Shown here: positions 41,366 to 54,217 of the stretch, in pieces
Layout of the letters: each line of letters opens with the position of its first letter
Numbering within the stretch: position 1 is the stretch's first letter
DNA from: Eledone cirrhosa
Lineage: Eukaryota
Direction of reading: 5' to 3'
DNA: 64,000 nt
Assembly (NCBI GenBank): GCA_964016885.1
Contig: OZ024740.1
Span: 188,604,001 to 188,668,000, forward strand
Translations under genes and position numbers: made by a program
Notes under the pieces: model-generated
Seen by the model: the letters and a program-made list of their open reading frames with translations, nothing else
The model's database searches: none
What the model was told of the DNA's origin: nothing

Positions 41366-41596
41366 GAATCTCATATTTCACATATAGTTGTTGTTGAATA
41401 GATTTTCTCAATTGCTCTTGGACATATATATGATATTTAAAACCAAGTATGTGTAGTTGCCTCACTAAATCAGGTGAACCAAGTGTACCCATGCTCTATT
41501 CTTGCAATAAACAAACTCTCTACTCACAGCCATATTATATATGACAATGGGCATTTGTTTATACAGAAAATTTTAAGTTTTGATGTTGATACAACT

Positions 41597-41805
41597 TCAT
41601 CATCTTTTTACGTCCACTTTTCCCTGCTTGCAAGGGTCGGATGGGTCCTATTCAGCACAGCATCTCTCCACTTGTCATGGTCCTTTGTCATCTCCTCCGT
41701 GAGTTTCAACGATTTGAGGTCTCACACAGGCATCATATAACCGTCCTTTCATACGCAGTGAGAAACCCTTCTTTGTCAACAGAGGAAGCAGCTCCCTAAA
41801 CTTCA
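41597..41805 (-). mobile_element. Internally deleted RTE 3' fragment
   Basis: KFRELLPLLTKKGFSLRMKGRLYDACV is joined to DLKSLKLTEEMTKD..TLASREKWT* and a (GAT) tail. Confidence 0.7.
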
Positions 41806-44553
41806 TGCGCATTGTTTTAGTGTCCTCATGAAAGTATTTGTAAATATATTAGATAATATCTATAATGATATATGTACTTGAGGTATTAAAAAAATATGCA
41901 ATTATCTTTCAATGTATTCATCGTATTTTTTTTTATATTTTAAGTGTCTCGTTAGGCATTTAAACAAGATATACCATATTGTTATTGAATGAGTGCAATT
42001 GTTAGGAGTTAGTTCATCTTAATTTTTATAAGAAATGCATGTTGTTATAATTGCTCAAAACGTTATAAAATTCTGTTTGATTTCATATATAAATTAAACC
42101 TAATTTTATACATTTTCCATTGTTTTATGAATATGTTAGTGTAGGTGCTAATTTATTTTCACAAAGCTGATTATTTTCACACCTTGTTAAAAATGTCTTC
42201 ATTAATTACCAATTTACTATTTTCCTTCTTTTTGAGCTAAAAACCAAAACAAAGGCAACCAATACACACATGCCTGCATGTGCACGCACTCACACACACC
42301 TCTCTCTCTCTCCCATTAGATTATTTAGTTGTGTGGTTAGTGCCTGCAATATTTTACTTCCCTGCTCTGAAAGTAATATTTGAGTATGTCATTATGAAAA
42401 TAATTAAGTTCTATTCTTTGAAGTTAAGAATAATACCTACTGAGGATTTTTTTTTTATCTATTGTTAATTGGTACATTTTAAAGATATTAATAATGCAGA
42501 GAATAGTATTTTTATTTTTGATATAGCTAACGAATTAAGGTTGATCACATTCCTTATTATTTTCTTTTATGTTTAATTTCCCAGGGCATTTCCTTTTTGT
42601 TCTTGTTTGTGTATGTAGATATGATTATTTCAAGATAGGTAATTCTGTTTAATAAATCTGTTAGATTTATTTGATTTTTTTTTAAATACGCCCCCCATCC
42701 TAACATCAGATACCAATGTATAGTAAGACACGAGAGTATGATAAAGACCATATTTACCTCATTATTGTCCTTTTCATTTTCCACCTATTTATTTCATTAC
42801 TAAAAATTTACGAATGAATAAATTTTGTTTACTAAACTCAGTGTTCTACATCCAATATATATACTAATCTATTTCCATAATAGCTGAGTAAGCGTTAGCT
42901 TACTTAATGTATGCATTATTAATAAGTTAACTAGATATAAATATGCTGCGAGGAAAAATGACATTAGCTAATAAATTATATTATTTTTTCATTTTCAAAG
43001 AATATGAGAACACTTCAGACATGTTTTGTTTTTATTCTGAGCTATGCAGTGCTACATGCTGGTTGTAATGAAAGGATCAGTAAGATTGTACATTTATTAG
43101 TTTTCTGTGTTGATAAATAAAACTAATGTTATTACAATTTTACATTCAAATATCTGTATCAATCATAACATGTCTCAAATAAGTTGTTTAACTATAGCTT
43201 CAAATACTTGTTTCCTTAAAACAATAAAAAATACAGTTTTTAAAAAGAATTATTTAATACATATTTCTGAGGAAGTGTTTATAAAAGTCGATTTATTAAT
43301 TTTTCTTTCAACTTGTTAACCCAATTTGTAAATTGAAGTTTTTTTCCCCCACCTTTGAAATTCAAAATTTATAAAACTTCAGTATTGAGCAGTTATGCAT
43401 TGTATGATTCAATTTGTACCTTAAAGTGTGTGAGAGAAACAATTACTAAAATGCTGGACAACTAGCCACCAAATCTTTTTTATAGCCATAGTACTGTACT
43501 CATATGCCAGGCACATAACTAACTTTATTTGCTTATGCTTGCCTGACTGACTAAATAAAAGATGTTACTATCCCACTTCATGGCTGTATGGTAAATGCAT
43601 CCAACTGTAAAAAACAAAACATTTTTTTTACAAAAGGGGAAACAATATATTACATTGAAACAATATATTGAGAATTTAGAAGACAACTTTGAGGAAAACC
43701 TGCTGTGATAGTGTCAAATTATTTTAAACAAAAAATATTTGAATCATTGAGTGTTAATAATTCACATGAAATTAAGATAGCATAAACAGAAATATAATAT
43801 TCAGTGTAATATAATTTCAATTTATAAGTAAATAAATATTATATATATGCCAGTAATATATGTTCCCATGTTCATGTATGAATAATGAAAAGCAGGTATT
43901 CAAGCATAAATAAATGTTGGGACAATGTGTAGTGAATGTAAACATTCCTTACAATGAATAGAAAGTTGTTCTTTCAAGGAAGCTGTAGTTAGTGGGTTAT
44001 GTTAAAGGAAATTTTATTTTGAATAGATGATTTTAGAAAGAGAATAAAATAGGTATTTAAGTAACAAGCTCAGTTTGTCAATGTAGCAAATGTGTTCTGC
44101 TGGAATGTAAGATTATATATGCTAAAGGCATTGTAATTGATTCAGATAATTCATCTTGCAAATCAAATTATTTCACACCTTTCTTTTTTTTACTTAAGTA
44201 GAGGAGTAATAGTCCTTAGCATAGAAATGTTATCATATGATATTAACATTTACATATACTGAAAAACTAACTCAATCTACAAGACCTTCAAAATAATGAC
44301 TTTCGTATACTATTGATATCTTATTAGATATTAGTTATAATACAAACATTGTTTAATGCACTCACAATTATTTATTTATGTAGTTATTTTTGTACAACTT
44401 ATAAGATTTCCACTGGGTCATAATTCTAATTAGTAGAGAATAAAATAAAATGCATCTTTAGATAATTTTATAAGTGGAATAGAATGATTGTAGTTTCTAT
44501 CTAATATAAAATATTAGCATTTATATTAGCATTATATATATATATATATATAA

Positions 44554-45489
44554 TCTATATATATAAAACTGAGGATGTATGTCTGTGTGTGTGTGTGAGT
44601 TCGAATCCCTAAACCTCGAAAACCACCCAACCGACTGTTTTCAAACTTTACACATGCAATACTTATGTTTTAGGGAGTGTTCTGAGCAAAAAAAATCGAA
44701 TTTTCAATGGTCTAGGGACCGCATTAGGCGATTTAGCGATCTCGCTCTATAATTCTTAGTCTTTCTCTTTTTAGATAGATACATACATATAACGTCGCGC
44801 CCTTATAATATCTGTCTGGTGTCTGCATTACGTCACTTCCCTGAGGATGTCTGTCTGTGTGTGTGTGTCTGTGAGTTTGAATCCCTAAAACTCAAGAAGT
44901 ACCCAACCGATTTTTTTCAAACTTTACATGTGTATTACTTATGTTTCATGGAGTGTTATGCACATAAAAAAATTTAATTTTTTTTATCTCCTAGGGCCTG
45001 CATTAGGTGAAAAACTGCGTTTTTAAAGATTTTTAGGGGTTTTTTGAGGCGTTACGTCAGATCGATTTCCTTGAAATTGTAACTATGTATTAGTCAGTCT
45101 CTTCTTCATACTGTAAGCATAGAAAATCCAACTTTCTCGCCCGCATTAGGTGAAAAACTTCATTTTTTATTTCCTAGGGCCCGCATTAGGTGAAAAACTG
45201 CGTTTTTAAAGATTTTTAGGGTTTTTTGGAGGCGTTATGTCTAGCCGATTTTCCCGAAATTTAAAGGCATATTATGCACATAAAAAAATTCATTTTCTTG
45301 ATCCATTAGGTGAAAACCTGCATTTTTCTTGCTTCAGCGAGGAAAATCTTAAGGATTATCCAACCATCAGAGTATTTGGTTTATTTTCTTTACATATTGT
45401 CTAGGCATGCAGTTTTTCCACGATTAGGTCTGTTGGCGGCCCGCGTTCCAAAATATCTTATCCCGTGCAACGTCGGGTACCACTGCTAG
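44554..45489 (+). mobile_element. Non-autonomous Helitron
   Basis: 5' TC (tctatatatataaaa); 3' hairpin cccgtgcaacgtcggg (45462-45477), then CTAG (45486-45489). Inserted between A and T with no TSD. Internal tandem duplications. Confidence 0.88.
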
Positions 45490-45671
45490 TGCTAATATGC
45501 TTAATATTTTATGTTGGAAACTACAATCAAATTTTATTCCATTTACAAAATTATTTAAAGATGCATTTTATTTTATTATACACACACACACACACATATA
45601 TATGAATGTTTTAGACTAACCACATAAAATATGTTTCTATATTATTGACTGGCTGATTGTATATTCTAAAG

Positions 45672-45872
45672 CAGGCATGTCAAATTGAGGGTCCTTTGAG
45701 GGCCACATGAGTCACATATGTGTTGTCTGAGGGCCACACTCGACAACTAATTGCGCACATTACAACTAATATTTTTTATTTCATATTTCGAAGATAAAAC
45801 ATGCTTGCACTGTAAAAACCCTTGTGTGGGCTGCAGCTGTGCTTGTAAAGGGCCACATGTTTGCCATTCCTG
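45672..45872. mobile_element. hAT (Charlie-like) MITE
   Basis: TIRs caggcatgtcaaa / tttgccattcctg; 8-bp TSD ttctaaag at 45664-45671 and 45873-45880; internal gggccaca repeats. Confidence 0.85.
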
Positions 45873-46439
45873 TTCTAAAGTACTGTCATCAAGTTCATGT
45901 GTTTCTTTAAATTGGATCCCACGTCTAAAGCAGACTAAAACAAATCATAGCAATATCTATAATAAAGACTGAATGGATATTATTAAAATACCAATCATAC
46001 AATAGACATTGACCTAAATTAACACTATATATATAACATTTCTTGAACTGTGAGTTGCTACTGAACATTTATTGATTTCGTCTACACTAGAGATACGTAA
46101 AGCTGTACTCATTGGAGCAACTTAACAACAATGCAATAATATATATGAGGATTTGTTGTCAGGCTGATGTAAATTTATATTGCTAAAGCCTTTGAAAACA
46201 ATGAATATAAAAGGACATTATAATATAATTAAGGCTCTTAATTAGTTAGAGTAATTGCAGATGAGGAATTGGATAAATGCAGTCTTACTCCAACTGTTAC
46301 AAAATTATGAAAATCTTTTACTGATTAGACATGTACAATCTGTAAATATATAAGCATGTCCATCATCACAATTTCCAAAACTGGTGCAGTCAATCATTGG
46401 TGTACAACTATAGATGCTTTCATAGTCAGTTGTTGCCAC

Positions 46440-46690
46440 TAGTCTCTATTTTCCATCATGCATAGAAGGGACTTGGTGTTGTGACCAGTCCAGTCTTTGA
46501 TGTTGTTGAACTAGGATTTGCTGTGTCTGCCTCAACTTCACCCTTCCTCGACTGAGCCCTGAAGAATGGTTTTGGACAAGGAGTTTTGGCAGGATACATG
46601 ACCATACCAAGCAAGCTTCCACCTTTTCACCATGGCAAGGAGTGTTCCATGTCTGCCACCATATTTGTGAAGTTGCTGCCTGTCCAGTGC
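46440..46690 (-). mobile_element. RTE-like C-terminal fragment
   Basis: The minus strand shows degenerate LAWYGH, KTILQG..EG and W..NIKDWTG motifs. Confidence 0.55.
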
Positions 46691-48104
46691 AAAAATCATC
46701 CACAAATTACTTGCTGTAACACAATTGTTATATATCCATTACAAAATTTGTGCTTCAGCATGGAATATACTGGGATATATACAACTAACTAAAACACTAA
46801 GGCATTATGCATCATATTGTCAGTACTGCTGAAAACAAAACCAATTTGATTGTTTAAAATATCAATAAAATCTCACCAAGGGGATGTGCTTAATATGCAG
46901 ACTATTATACTGTACAGTTTAATGTGGCAGAAAAATATGGCCAGGTAATTTGAATAACCCTTGAATTAAATAGATGATACTATACAAGATTATTTTACAG
47001 AAAATTTATAAATTGATAAAAATATAAACAAGTAATCACAAAATTGGTAATTTTACTACTACTTGAAATATATATTTTAAATTTATTTTCAACTTCTTAT
47101 ATATAGATAATAATCAATATTTTTTTTGTATTTCTATTTCTGCTATATCTATTTATACTATACTATGTGAACATTTTAAAACCAGGAAATACTACAAGCC
47201 TTTAACAGGAATTGAAAATATATGGCAAGCGATTTAGCATTTTGTCACTTCTGTATAAGTTTTGTTATTGCCTGATTTAATTTGAAATTTTCTTAACCAT
47301 CACCACACATATTTCTTCTCTCCCTCATCCATTTCTGTCTTCTCTCCTACTCCTCTTCTTTCTAGAATTTAAAATTTTATAACCATCACCAGAGACATGC
47401 ATACTCTTCTTCCTTTAGCTTCGCCTTACTCCTCACAATCTTCATCCCCATCATCACTTTCATCTATTTAATTCCCTTTGCATGGATGGTTGCAGTAGGT
47501 TAGCTGCTTGTTTCACTTTTATATGTAGATTTTTCTCTTTAAATACTTGAGCACTTAATCTGTTGATAAACATTCTACTGGGAGGGGGAGAGTGAAAACA
47601 AGAACAGCAATATGAAATATAATTACTTTCTTAGTTTTTTAACAAATATATACCAAACACGAGCTGATACTTATTTGAGGGGAATTATATATTATAATTG
47701 ATATCATTGATCTTACATGATCTTAAACTTTAAAAATATTCAGCAATACCAATCCATATTGATGTTAGAACCAATCTGTATAATACACCATTAGAATCAT
47801 TATCATTTATGTCCATTTTCATATATATCATGGTATTAATACAATTTCATCTCAGACATGATTAATTGTCAGGAAAATTGAAGAAAATTGCAGTAATTAT
47901 TTTTGGTATTTCTTTTTAATGAATTATTTAAAATTACACATAGGTGTTTTCAATGAATGAAAAAATGTGTCATTATAAAAGCCTGAAGATTTTAAAAAAT
48001 GAATAACAAATAGAAATAATACATGATATATTGCTTATGTTATCTTAATTTTATTCCATTAATACATTTTGCGTCAAATGAAATCATCATCTTTATTATT
48101 ACTC

Positions 48105-48775
48105 CATCTCACTCACATATAAAAGGATATCTGTGAGATGCCTGTGTGCAAAGTGCAATACTGCATGGTAGCAAGACGAGGTATTCACTGCAGGACATGT
48201 GTAGGCTGGAGATAAGTGAAGCTACCATGCTTCTTTGGATGTTTAACGTAAATGTGTGTGAAAGGTAAAGCTTCGATGAATGGAGAAAGAAACTGAGTTT
48301 AAGATGAATCTGAAGTGGTGTGCAAGAGAGTAGTGTGCATTGGTATGGACAAATAATTGTTTCTATTTTAGGCACACTTACCCAGTACATTACTGGTACA
48401 TTATTTTATCGACCCCGTAAGGATGAAAGACAAAGTTAACCTCGGTGGGATTTGAACTCAGATCATAAAGGGACGTAACTCTATGCTTCAAAGCATGGTG
48501 TCCGACTCTCTACTGATAGTGCCAATCGGACAAATAATACACATGGATGATGATTGCTAGATGAAGAAGTGCCAGGAAACCCCAGTGGTAGGAAGCCACA
48601 GTAGAGTTAAACCAAGGAAGGCGACCTGAGTGGATTTGGTGAGAGCTGATCTAAATTTGTTGAGACTCAGAGTAGATGACTAAGGAACATGACGAGTGGA
48701 AAGATGATGTGCTGAAAAGGCCTGTCTAACTCATGCAATTCTGGAAAAATGGACATAAAAAGAATGATGGTGATT
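48105..48775 (+). mobile_element. Old RTE 3' fragment interrupted by a SINE
   Basis: Removing the SINE and one TSD restores HWYGQIIHMDDDC*MKKC, matching RWYGHVMRMKDDSCIKKC of the 60874 element. Ends tggacataaaaagaatgatg. Confidence 0.7.
48358..48527 (-). mobile_element. SINE A with 11-bp TSD, nested in an RTE remnant
   Basis: TSD ggacaaataat at 48347-48357 and 48528-48538. Confidence 0.88.
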
Positions 48776-48875
48776 TTTATGCTTAATGTTGTTGATTGAT
48801 TACAAGCACTTAAATATGAAATGGCATATCAGTCACAAGAAATTAATAGTTTATTCTCTTTATATTATATTACAG

Positions 48876-49084
48876 GTGTACAGACTTTTTAAAATTCTTC
48901 TTGGATCTCGATCGAGCAGAAGTGAACCAATACAGTAGCTGGAATTATGAAGTGTGTGGCAACATTAGCACCATACAAAAGAAACATTATTCATCTGGAC
49001 GCAGTCTCATCTTAGAATTTCATTCTGATACGGGCCCTGGAAATTACACCGGATTTCGAGGAATATTCCAGTTCTTAGACAAAA
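48876..49084 (+). CDS. Internal coding exon, C-terminal half of a CUB domain, SOL-1 (suppressor of lurcher protein 1)-like
   Basis: Pyrimidine tract and tacag acceptor (48871-48875); gtaagt donor at 49085. Peptide CTDFLKFFLDLDRAEVNQYSSWNYEVCGNISTIQKKHYSSGRSLILEFHSDTGPGNYTGFRGIFQFLDK has CUB motifs C..D.L, CG, S.GRSL.LEFHSD and GF. Similarity to arthropod SOL-1 is from memory. Phase 2 start, phase 1 end. Confidence 0.88.
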
Positions 49085-49631
49085 GTAAGTGATAAAAATC
49101 AATAAAAAGAGACATTATTTATTTCTCTTTTAGTATTTTGATAATCAAAGTAATTGTTATTATATACTGTATTTGCTTATATCTTACCATGTTATAATTG
49201 CCCCACATAAGCACTATCAACAAAAATACGAAATTTAGAAAACTATTTTTACATCATACTCAAACCAGCATTATGGAGTTTACACTTGATAATGTAATTA
49301 GAATCACTTACTAATTGAAATAATTGAAACCTTGACAAGTTTACTAGTTAAGAAATGATTAATAGCAGTATCCATCCAAAGACATCAGAAAATTAATGAA
49401 TGTTGATTGATTATTTTCTGATGTTTAAGTGCATGATATTTTTCAGAAACATATTTGGTTCCAAAGCATATTAATGACCTAAATTAATACTGATATTAGA
49501 TACTAATCAATTAGAATATTCTAAAATATTCTCTTAATATACTCACAATTTAAATTTAAATATGTTGTTAGTTTATTAGAAATGGAATGAAAATGTTTTC
49601 CTTTTTCATAATGTATTTGTTTTATAATAAT

Positions 49632-49812
49632 TGTTTCTACTTTTGGCACAAGTCCAGCAATTATCCCAGTGTATTACTGGTACTTTATTTTATCGACTCT
49701 GTGAGGATGAAAGGCAAAATTAACCTCGGCGGGATTTGAACTCAGAATGGTAAGGGCCGTAACTCTTTGCTGCAAAGCTTGGTGTCCGACCCTCTACCTA
49801 TATTGCCAATCC
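49632..49812 (-). mobile_element. SINE A with 8-bp TSD
   Basis: ataataat at 49624-49631 and 49813-49820. Confidence 0.85.
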
Positions 49813-50486
49813 ATAATAATGTCACCTAGAATTGTTTTAAGTAATATTAGTGGATATATATGTAAAAAATAGTATTAACGTCGACCATTTTGGCATTCAT
49901 GCATTTCAGGTGCTATTGATATTAGATCTATTTTTCTACAATAGAATGTTTAGGATGTAACAGAAATCAATTCTCTGGGAACATGTTAATGTAAATGGTA
50001 TTACACAATATAAATACCAATTTGAGACAGAACAGATAAGTAGGCTCACTGATGAGACTTAATCAACATTGCATTGTGACAAAATTGCCCATTACACTAC
50101 AGACTCCCTGCTATTCTATCTCTCTGAATTAGATACTATATTTGTACAAATCAGTCAGTTAGAACTACTGGGATAGGCTATTCTACTTGTCTAACAGTGA
50201 GATTTTTACCTCGGTTCAGTGATTGCAATTGGAAATTCCATCTTTCTGTGTATTTACGAATTTGTATATAAATTACTTGGATCAAGTATATTTATTGCCA
50301 GATGCCATTTATAACAAAAATCAATCAATCATAGCATAACAGTTGTACTATTTGAAAAAAACAATATTATGGCTACATCAATATATCCATCCCTCCATTC
50401 ACCAATAAACAGAAACCCACATGAGGAAATATGGGGAATTATATATATACACACACACACACATGTATATATATATATATATATAT

Positions 50487-53400
50487 TCTAGGGCAGGTAA
50501 AATTCCCGAGATCCATGGACGAGTTCTCTCCAGCGGTCCCTGTCCCTCATTATCGCTGCCATGTCCTGCATCTCCAACAGACCTTGTTAACCTTGGTCTT
50601 CCACTTCCAGTGTGTCCATGTTGGGGCTCCCACAGGAGCACTGAGTGCAATGTCAACTCTGGATGTCAGTGAGCATGTCCAGCTAACCTTAGTCTCCTCT
50701 GTGTCACTTTTGAGCTGACTTTTGGGAGGCTCCCATACAGCTCTGAGTGTTTCATCCTCAGTGTATACTGATTAATGTTCAGAGCCAATCTCAGCATTCT
50801 CGTGTAGCACCCATCCACCATCTGAGTGAGTTTCTTGGTTAGTGTCCAAGTCTCAGACCCGTACAGCAGCACAGATTCCACTACAGCAATGAAGAGACGG
50901 ATTTCAGATCTTTACGAAGGTCCGACTTCCACACCAATCTCAAGCTGTGGCACACCGCCCAGGCTTTGCTCTTCCTCTCAACATCATCTTCCGTATTCCC
51001 AATCTTTGCTCCCAAATACAGGAATTCCTCAACCAATTCTAGCGGCTTCCCGCCTAGTGATCCCCTCTGGCTTCTCAACATTCTCTACCAGATATTTTGT
51101 TTTAGTCTCATTCACTCTCAGCCACACACTCATCGACACAGTCTCAACCTCTTACATCAAATCCTCTGCCTCCTTCGCTGAATTTGTCACGAAAACTATT
51201 TCGTCTGCAAATTCAGCATCCGATATCTTTTGTGCCTTAAATCTCCTGCTCTGAGCTGGTGCTACAGTAAAGCCAGAGTCCTGATGTGTCTCCAGTGCAA
51301 GGCACATACAATAGTCCACTACAATGATAAAAAGGTAGGGAGCCAATGCATCTCCCTGGAGCACTCCAGCCAGTATCTCAAAGAACTCTGTCATCCCATC
51401 AGGTGTAATGACTTGGGCTTTGGTGTTGGTGTAGAGCAATGATATCAGGTCCACTATCTTCTTGGGGATTCCATCAGCCTGTAAGATCTTCATTAGGCAG
51501 TGACGGTCCACAGAATCAAAGGCGTTCCTAAAGTTAATGAAAACCATGACCGCAGGAAGGCACTTTACTCTAGCTCCCTCTAATATCCTCCTCAGCATCA
51601 GGATATGACTGGTGGTTGATCTTCCCTCTCTGAAGCCGTTTTGGTTGTCCCTGAGCTTCTTGTCCATCTCAGGCTGGATCCTGTTAAGAATCATCCTGTT
51701 GAGGGTCTTTGCCACAAGTGACATCAGTGGGATCCCCCTGTAGTTGTTGGTGTTAGAGATATCTCCCTTCTTTGGCACTGGAATGATGTTACTGATCCTC
51801 CACTGATTCGGGGCAACACCTTTCTCCAGTGCCTGGTTACAGAACCCCAGGATGATATCATCAAAATCAGACCTCTTCATCACCTCTGATGCCACTCCAT
51901 CTTCTCCATGACCTTTGCCCTCCTTGTTCTTCTTCTTGGCTCTCTGAAGCTCCTCTCTGGTGAAGGGCTCTGTCTCAATATCCAGTTCTTCAAACAGCCA
52001 CCTGATCTCCCCAGTGCTCTGGGCTGTGGAGGGTGGCACTCCTAGTAGGGTCCTAAAATGGTCTAGCCATTTCCTCTTCCTATCCTCAGGCCCTGTTCCT
52101 GGATCTGACTCGAACACCTTCTCTTCTTCCCTGTGATCTTGTTGATGATCATCCAGCTCTCCTTACATCCAGACCTGTCAACCGCTCTCTCCACACTTCT
52201 GATCTTCTCTGTCAGTTCCTCCTCTCTGGCTTCAGTGTAAGCGGTTCTTCCCTCATGACCTCCATAGTCTCCATCCTCACCTCTGTAGGATCAGCATAGA
52301 ATTGGTCATTGGCAGCTTTTAGGTGTTCTCTGGCTGCACACACTTTTGGGTCTGCAGAGCTGAGGTGCTTCCTTTTGTTCTTTCTCCTTGGCACCAGGGT
52401 CTCACTTGCTTCTGCCACTGCATTGGTGAAGTGCCCGTACTTCCGCGTCACACTCTCCTTAGTCCATCCAATCTCTCTCTCCTCTGTCTCTCCACACAGA
52501 GCACTGGACCTGTTCCTCACTTCCACTGTGAACCTCTCGTGTAGCTTATCATCTTCCTTGAAAGCTCCCCATTCATAGATTGCTCTCTGAGGCTGAGCCT
52601 TGCTCTTTCTTAAGCTCACCCGGACCTCACTCATAACAAGCCGGTGGTCACTACCCAGTGTACTGAAATAGTTGTATGGTTATGTGTTCAGAACACTATT
52701 CTGCCACTTTTTCCTCACCAGAATGAAATCAATCTGGAACTTGGACAGGTGCATATCTGAAATGTAGGTCCACATCTTCCCCAGATTTTTCCTAAACCTT
52801 AGTTTGTTCGCTATCAAGTTCGCCTCCAGCAGCGTGTCTCTCAGTAGTCTTCCATTTCGGTTTGTGTTGTTATGGAAGTACCAGCAAGGATCTTCACTGC
52901 CCTCCTTACTCAGATGTGCATTGATGTCCCCCAAAACAAGCAGCATGTTGTGTGCTTGTGTGGTGTTTTTCACACCTCCTCATGGAACTCTTCCACACTC
53001 ACATCACTGTCTCCCTCTGTTGGACTATAGGCTGAGATGACTGTCAGTCTTGGGTTTCCATTGAAGGTCACCCTCAACACTCGCGGGGAGATAGATATTA
53101 TTTCCCTCACCAATAGACTGGTTTTTGTGCTGAAAACAAAACCCACTCCTCCTACTGCTGATGTGGTGATGAGCTGGCTCATCTTCCCAATCATCACACT
53201 CCTCACGGGCTCATCGTGTAGGATCCTGTGTTCTTGGATCGCATGTATCTGTATGCCACTCTCCTTGAACAGATGTCCCAACTCCTCTCTCTTCTCCAGC
53301 GTCCGAACAGTCCTCTCATTCAAAGTGCCCATTTTAATGGCTCTTCTGCAGGACAAAACTGCATTCTTTATATTTGTCTCAGAGACAGCTGATCCATCAT

Positions 53401-53720
53401 CCACTGGCCCTCCCTGTGGCTCTAAGCCAGCAGAGTCATAACGACCAGCTGCTCCTTGACAGTGTAATTAGAGGCTCTAACTCTAGTGCTGTTAGATAGA
53501 CTCTCCATATTTCTTTTCAATGACTGTAATACCTTACCGGCGCCACTGGAATAAGGTAGTTATTTAACCCATAAATGGGGCCCTATCAGGTACTACTACT
53601 CCGGGCCAGAGCAGACCTGGGAGTTATGACAACTAAGAGGTAACTCCACATTCGCCACAGCTCCTGAACTCTCGAACTGGAGCCTTGCCACTGGATGTAG
53701 TTTAATGTCATACCCAGGAC
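50487..53720 (-). mobile_element. Near full-length decayed RTE-clade LINE (5' UTR, APE endonuclease, RT) in (TA)n
   Basis: APE motifs GTLN.RT, IQEHR, SAYSPT, LGDINA, QIDFIL, SDHR; RT motifs NYRGI, QNGFR, NAFDSV, GVLQGD.LAPYLF, FADE, FLYLG, LLYGSETW. Several frameshifts. (TA)n on both sides. Confidence 0.9.
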
Positions 53721-54020
53721 ATATATATATATATATATATTTAAAGATATATATATATATAAAGATATATATACACATACACACATACATTCCAAACATT
53801 CTGCATATACACATGTACAAATACAAAACATGCACATGCACACATATAACTCAAAACAAACACAGCCACACATATAAGAGCATCCATACATATGCAGACA
53901 TGCCTACCTGTTTGATATCATGATTCCAATGAAAGAGTCTTGGGTCTATACTAGAAACTGACTCCTCTTTATTGGTAAAAGTTTTATAAAAATTATGAAA
54001 TCAGAAGAACATATATATAT

Positions 54021-54217
54021 ATTAGAAAGTGAGGTTTTTTTACAAAATGAAAAATAAGCGAGGTGTCCTACACGAGTGAAAGTATAAAGAAAAAAGAAGA
54101 AATTGAAAATGCAACTGGAGTCTTATTTTTAAAAAATATATATATTTATTTGGTTTCTTTACCGGTTTCGCAGTTTTTCTGCTTTTCAAAAGTAGAGTTG
54201 AGATGGAGGGTCTATGG
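54021..54217 (-). mobile_element. Penelope-like terminal repeat in (TA)n
   Basis: Carries a minimal hammerhead motif. A second, inverted copy lies at 57213-57326. Confidence 0.6.
54157..54192 (-). ncRNA. Minimal type I hammerhead ribozyme, U3-A8 core variant
   Basis: Minus strand reads CUU-UUGAAAA-GCAG(AAAAA)CUGC-GAAA-CCGG-UA-AAG: stem I CUU/AAG, stem II GCAG/CUGC, palindromic stem III ACCGGU, GUA cleavage triplet. Confidence 0.65.

Noticed and set aside
48358-49812. SINEs flanking the exon as drivers of exon circularisation
   Set aside because: Both are in the same orientation, so they cannot pair with each other.
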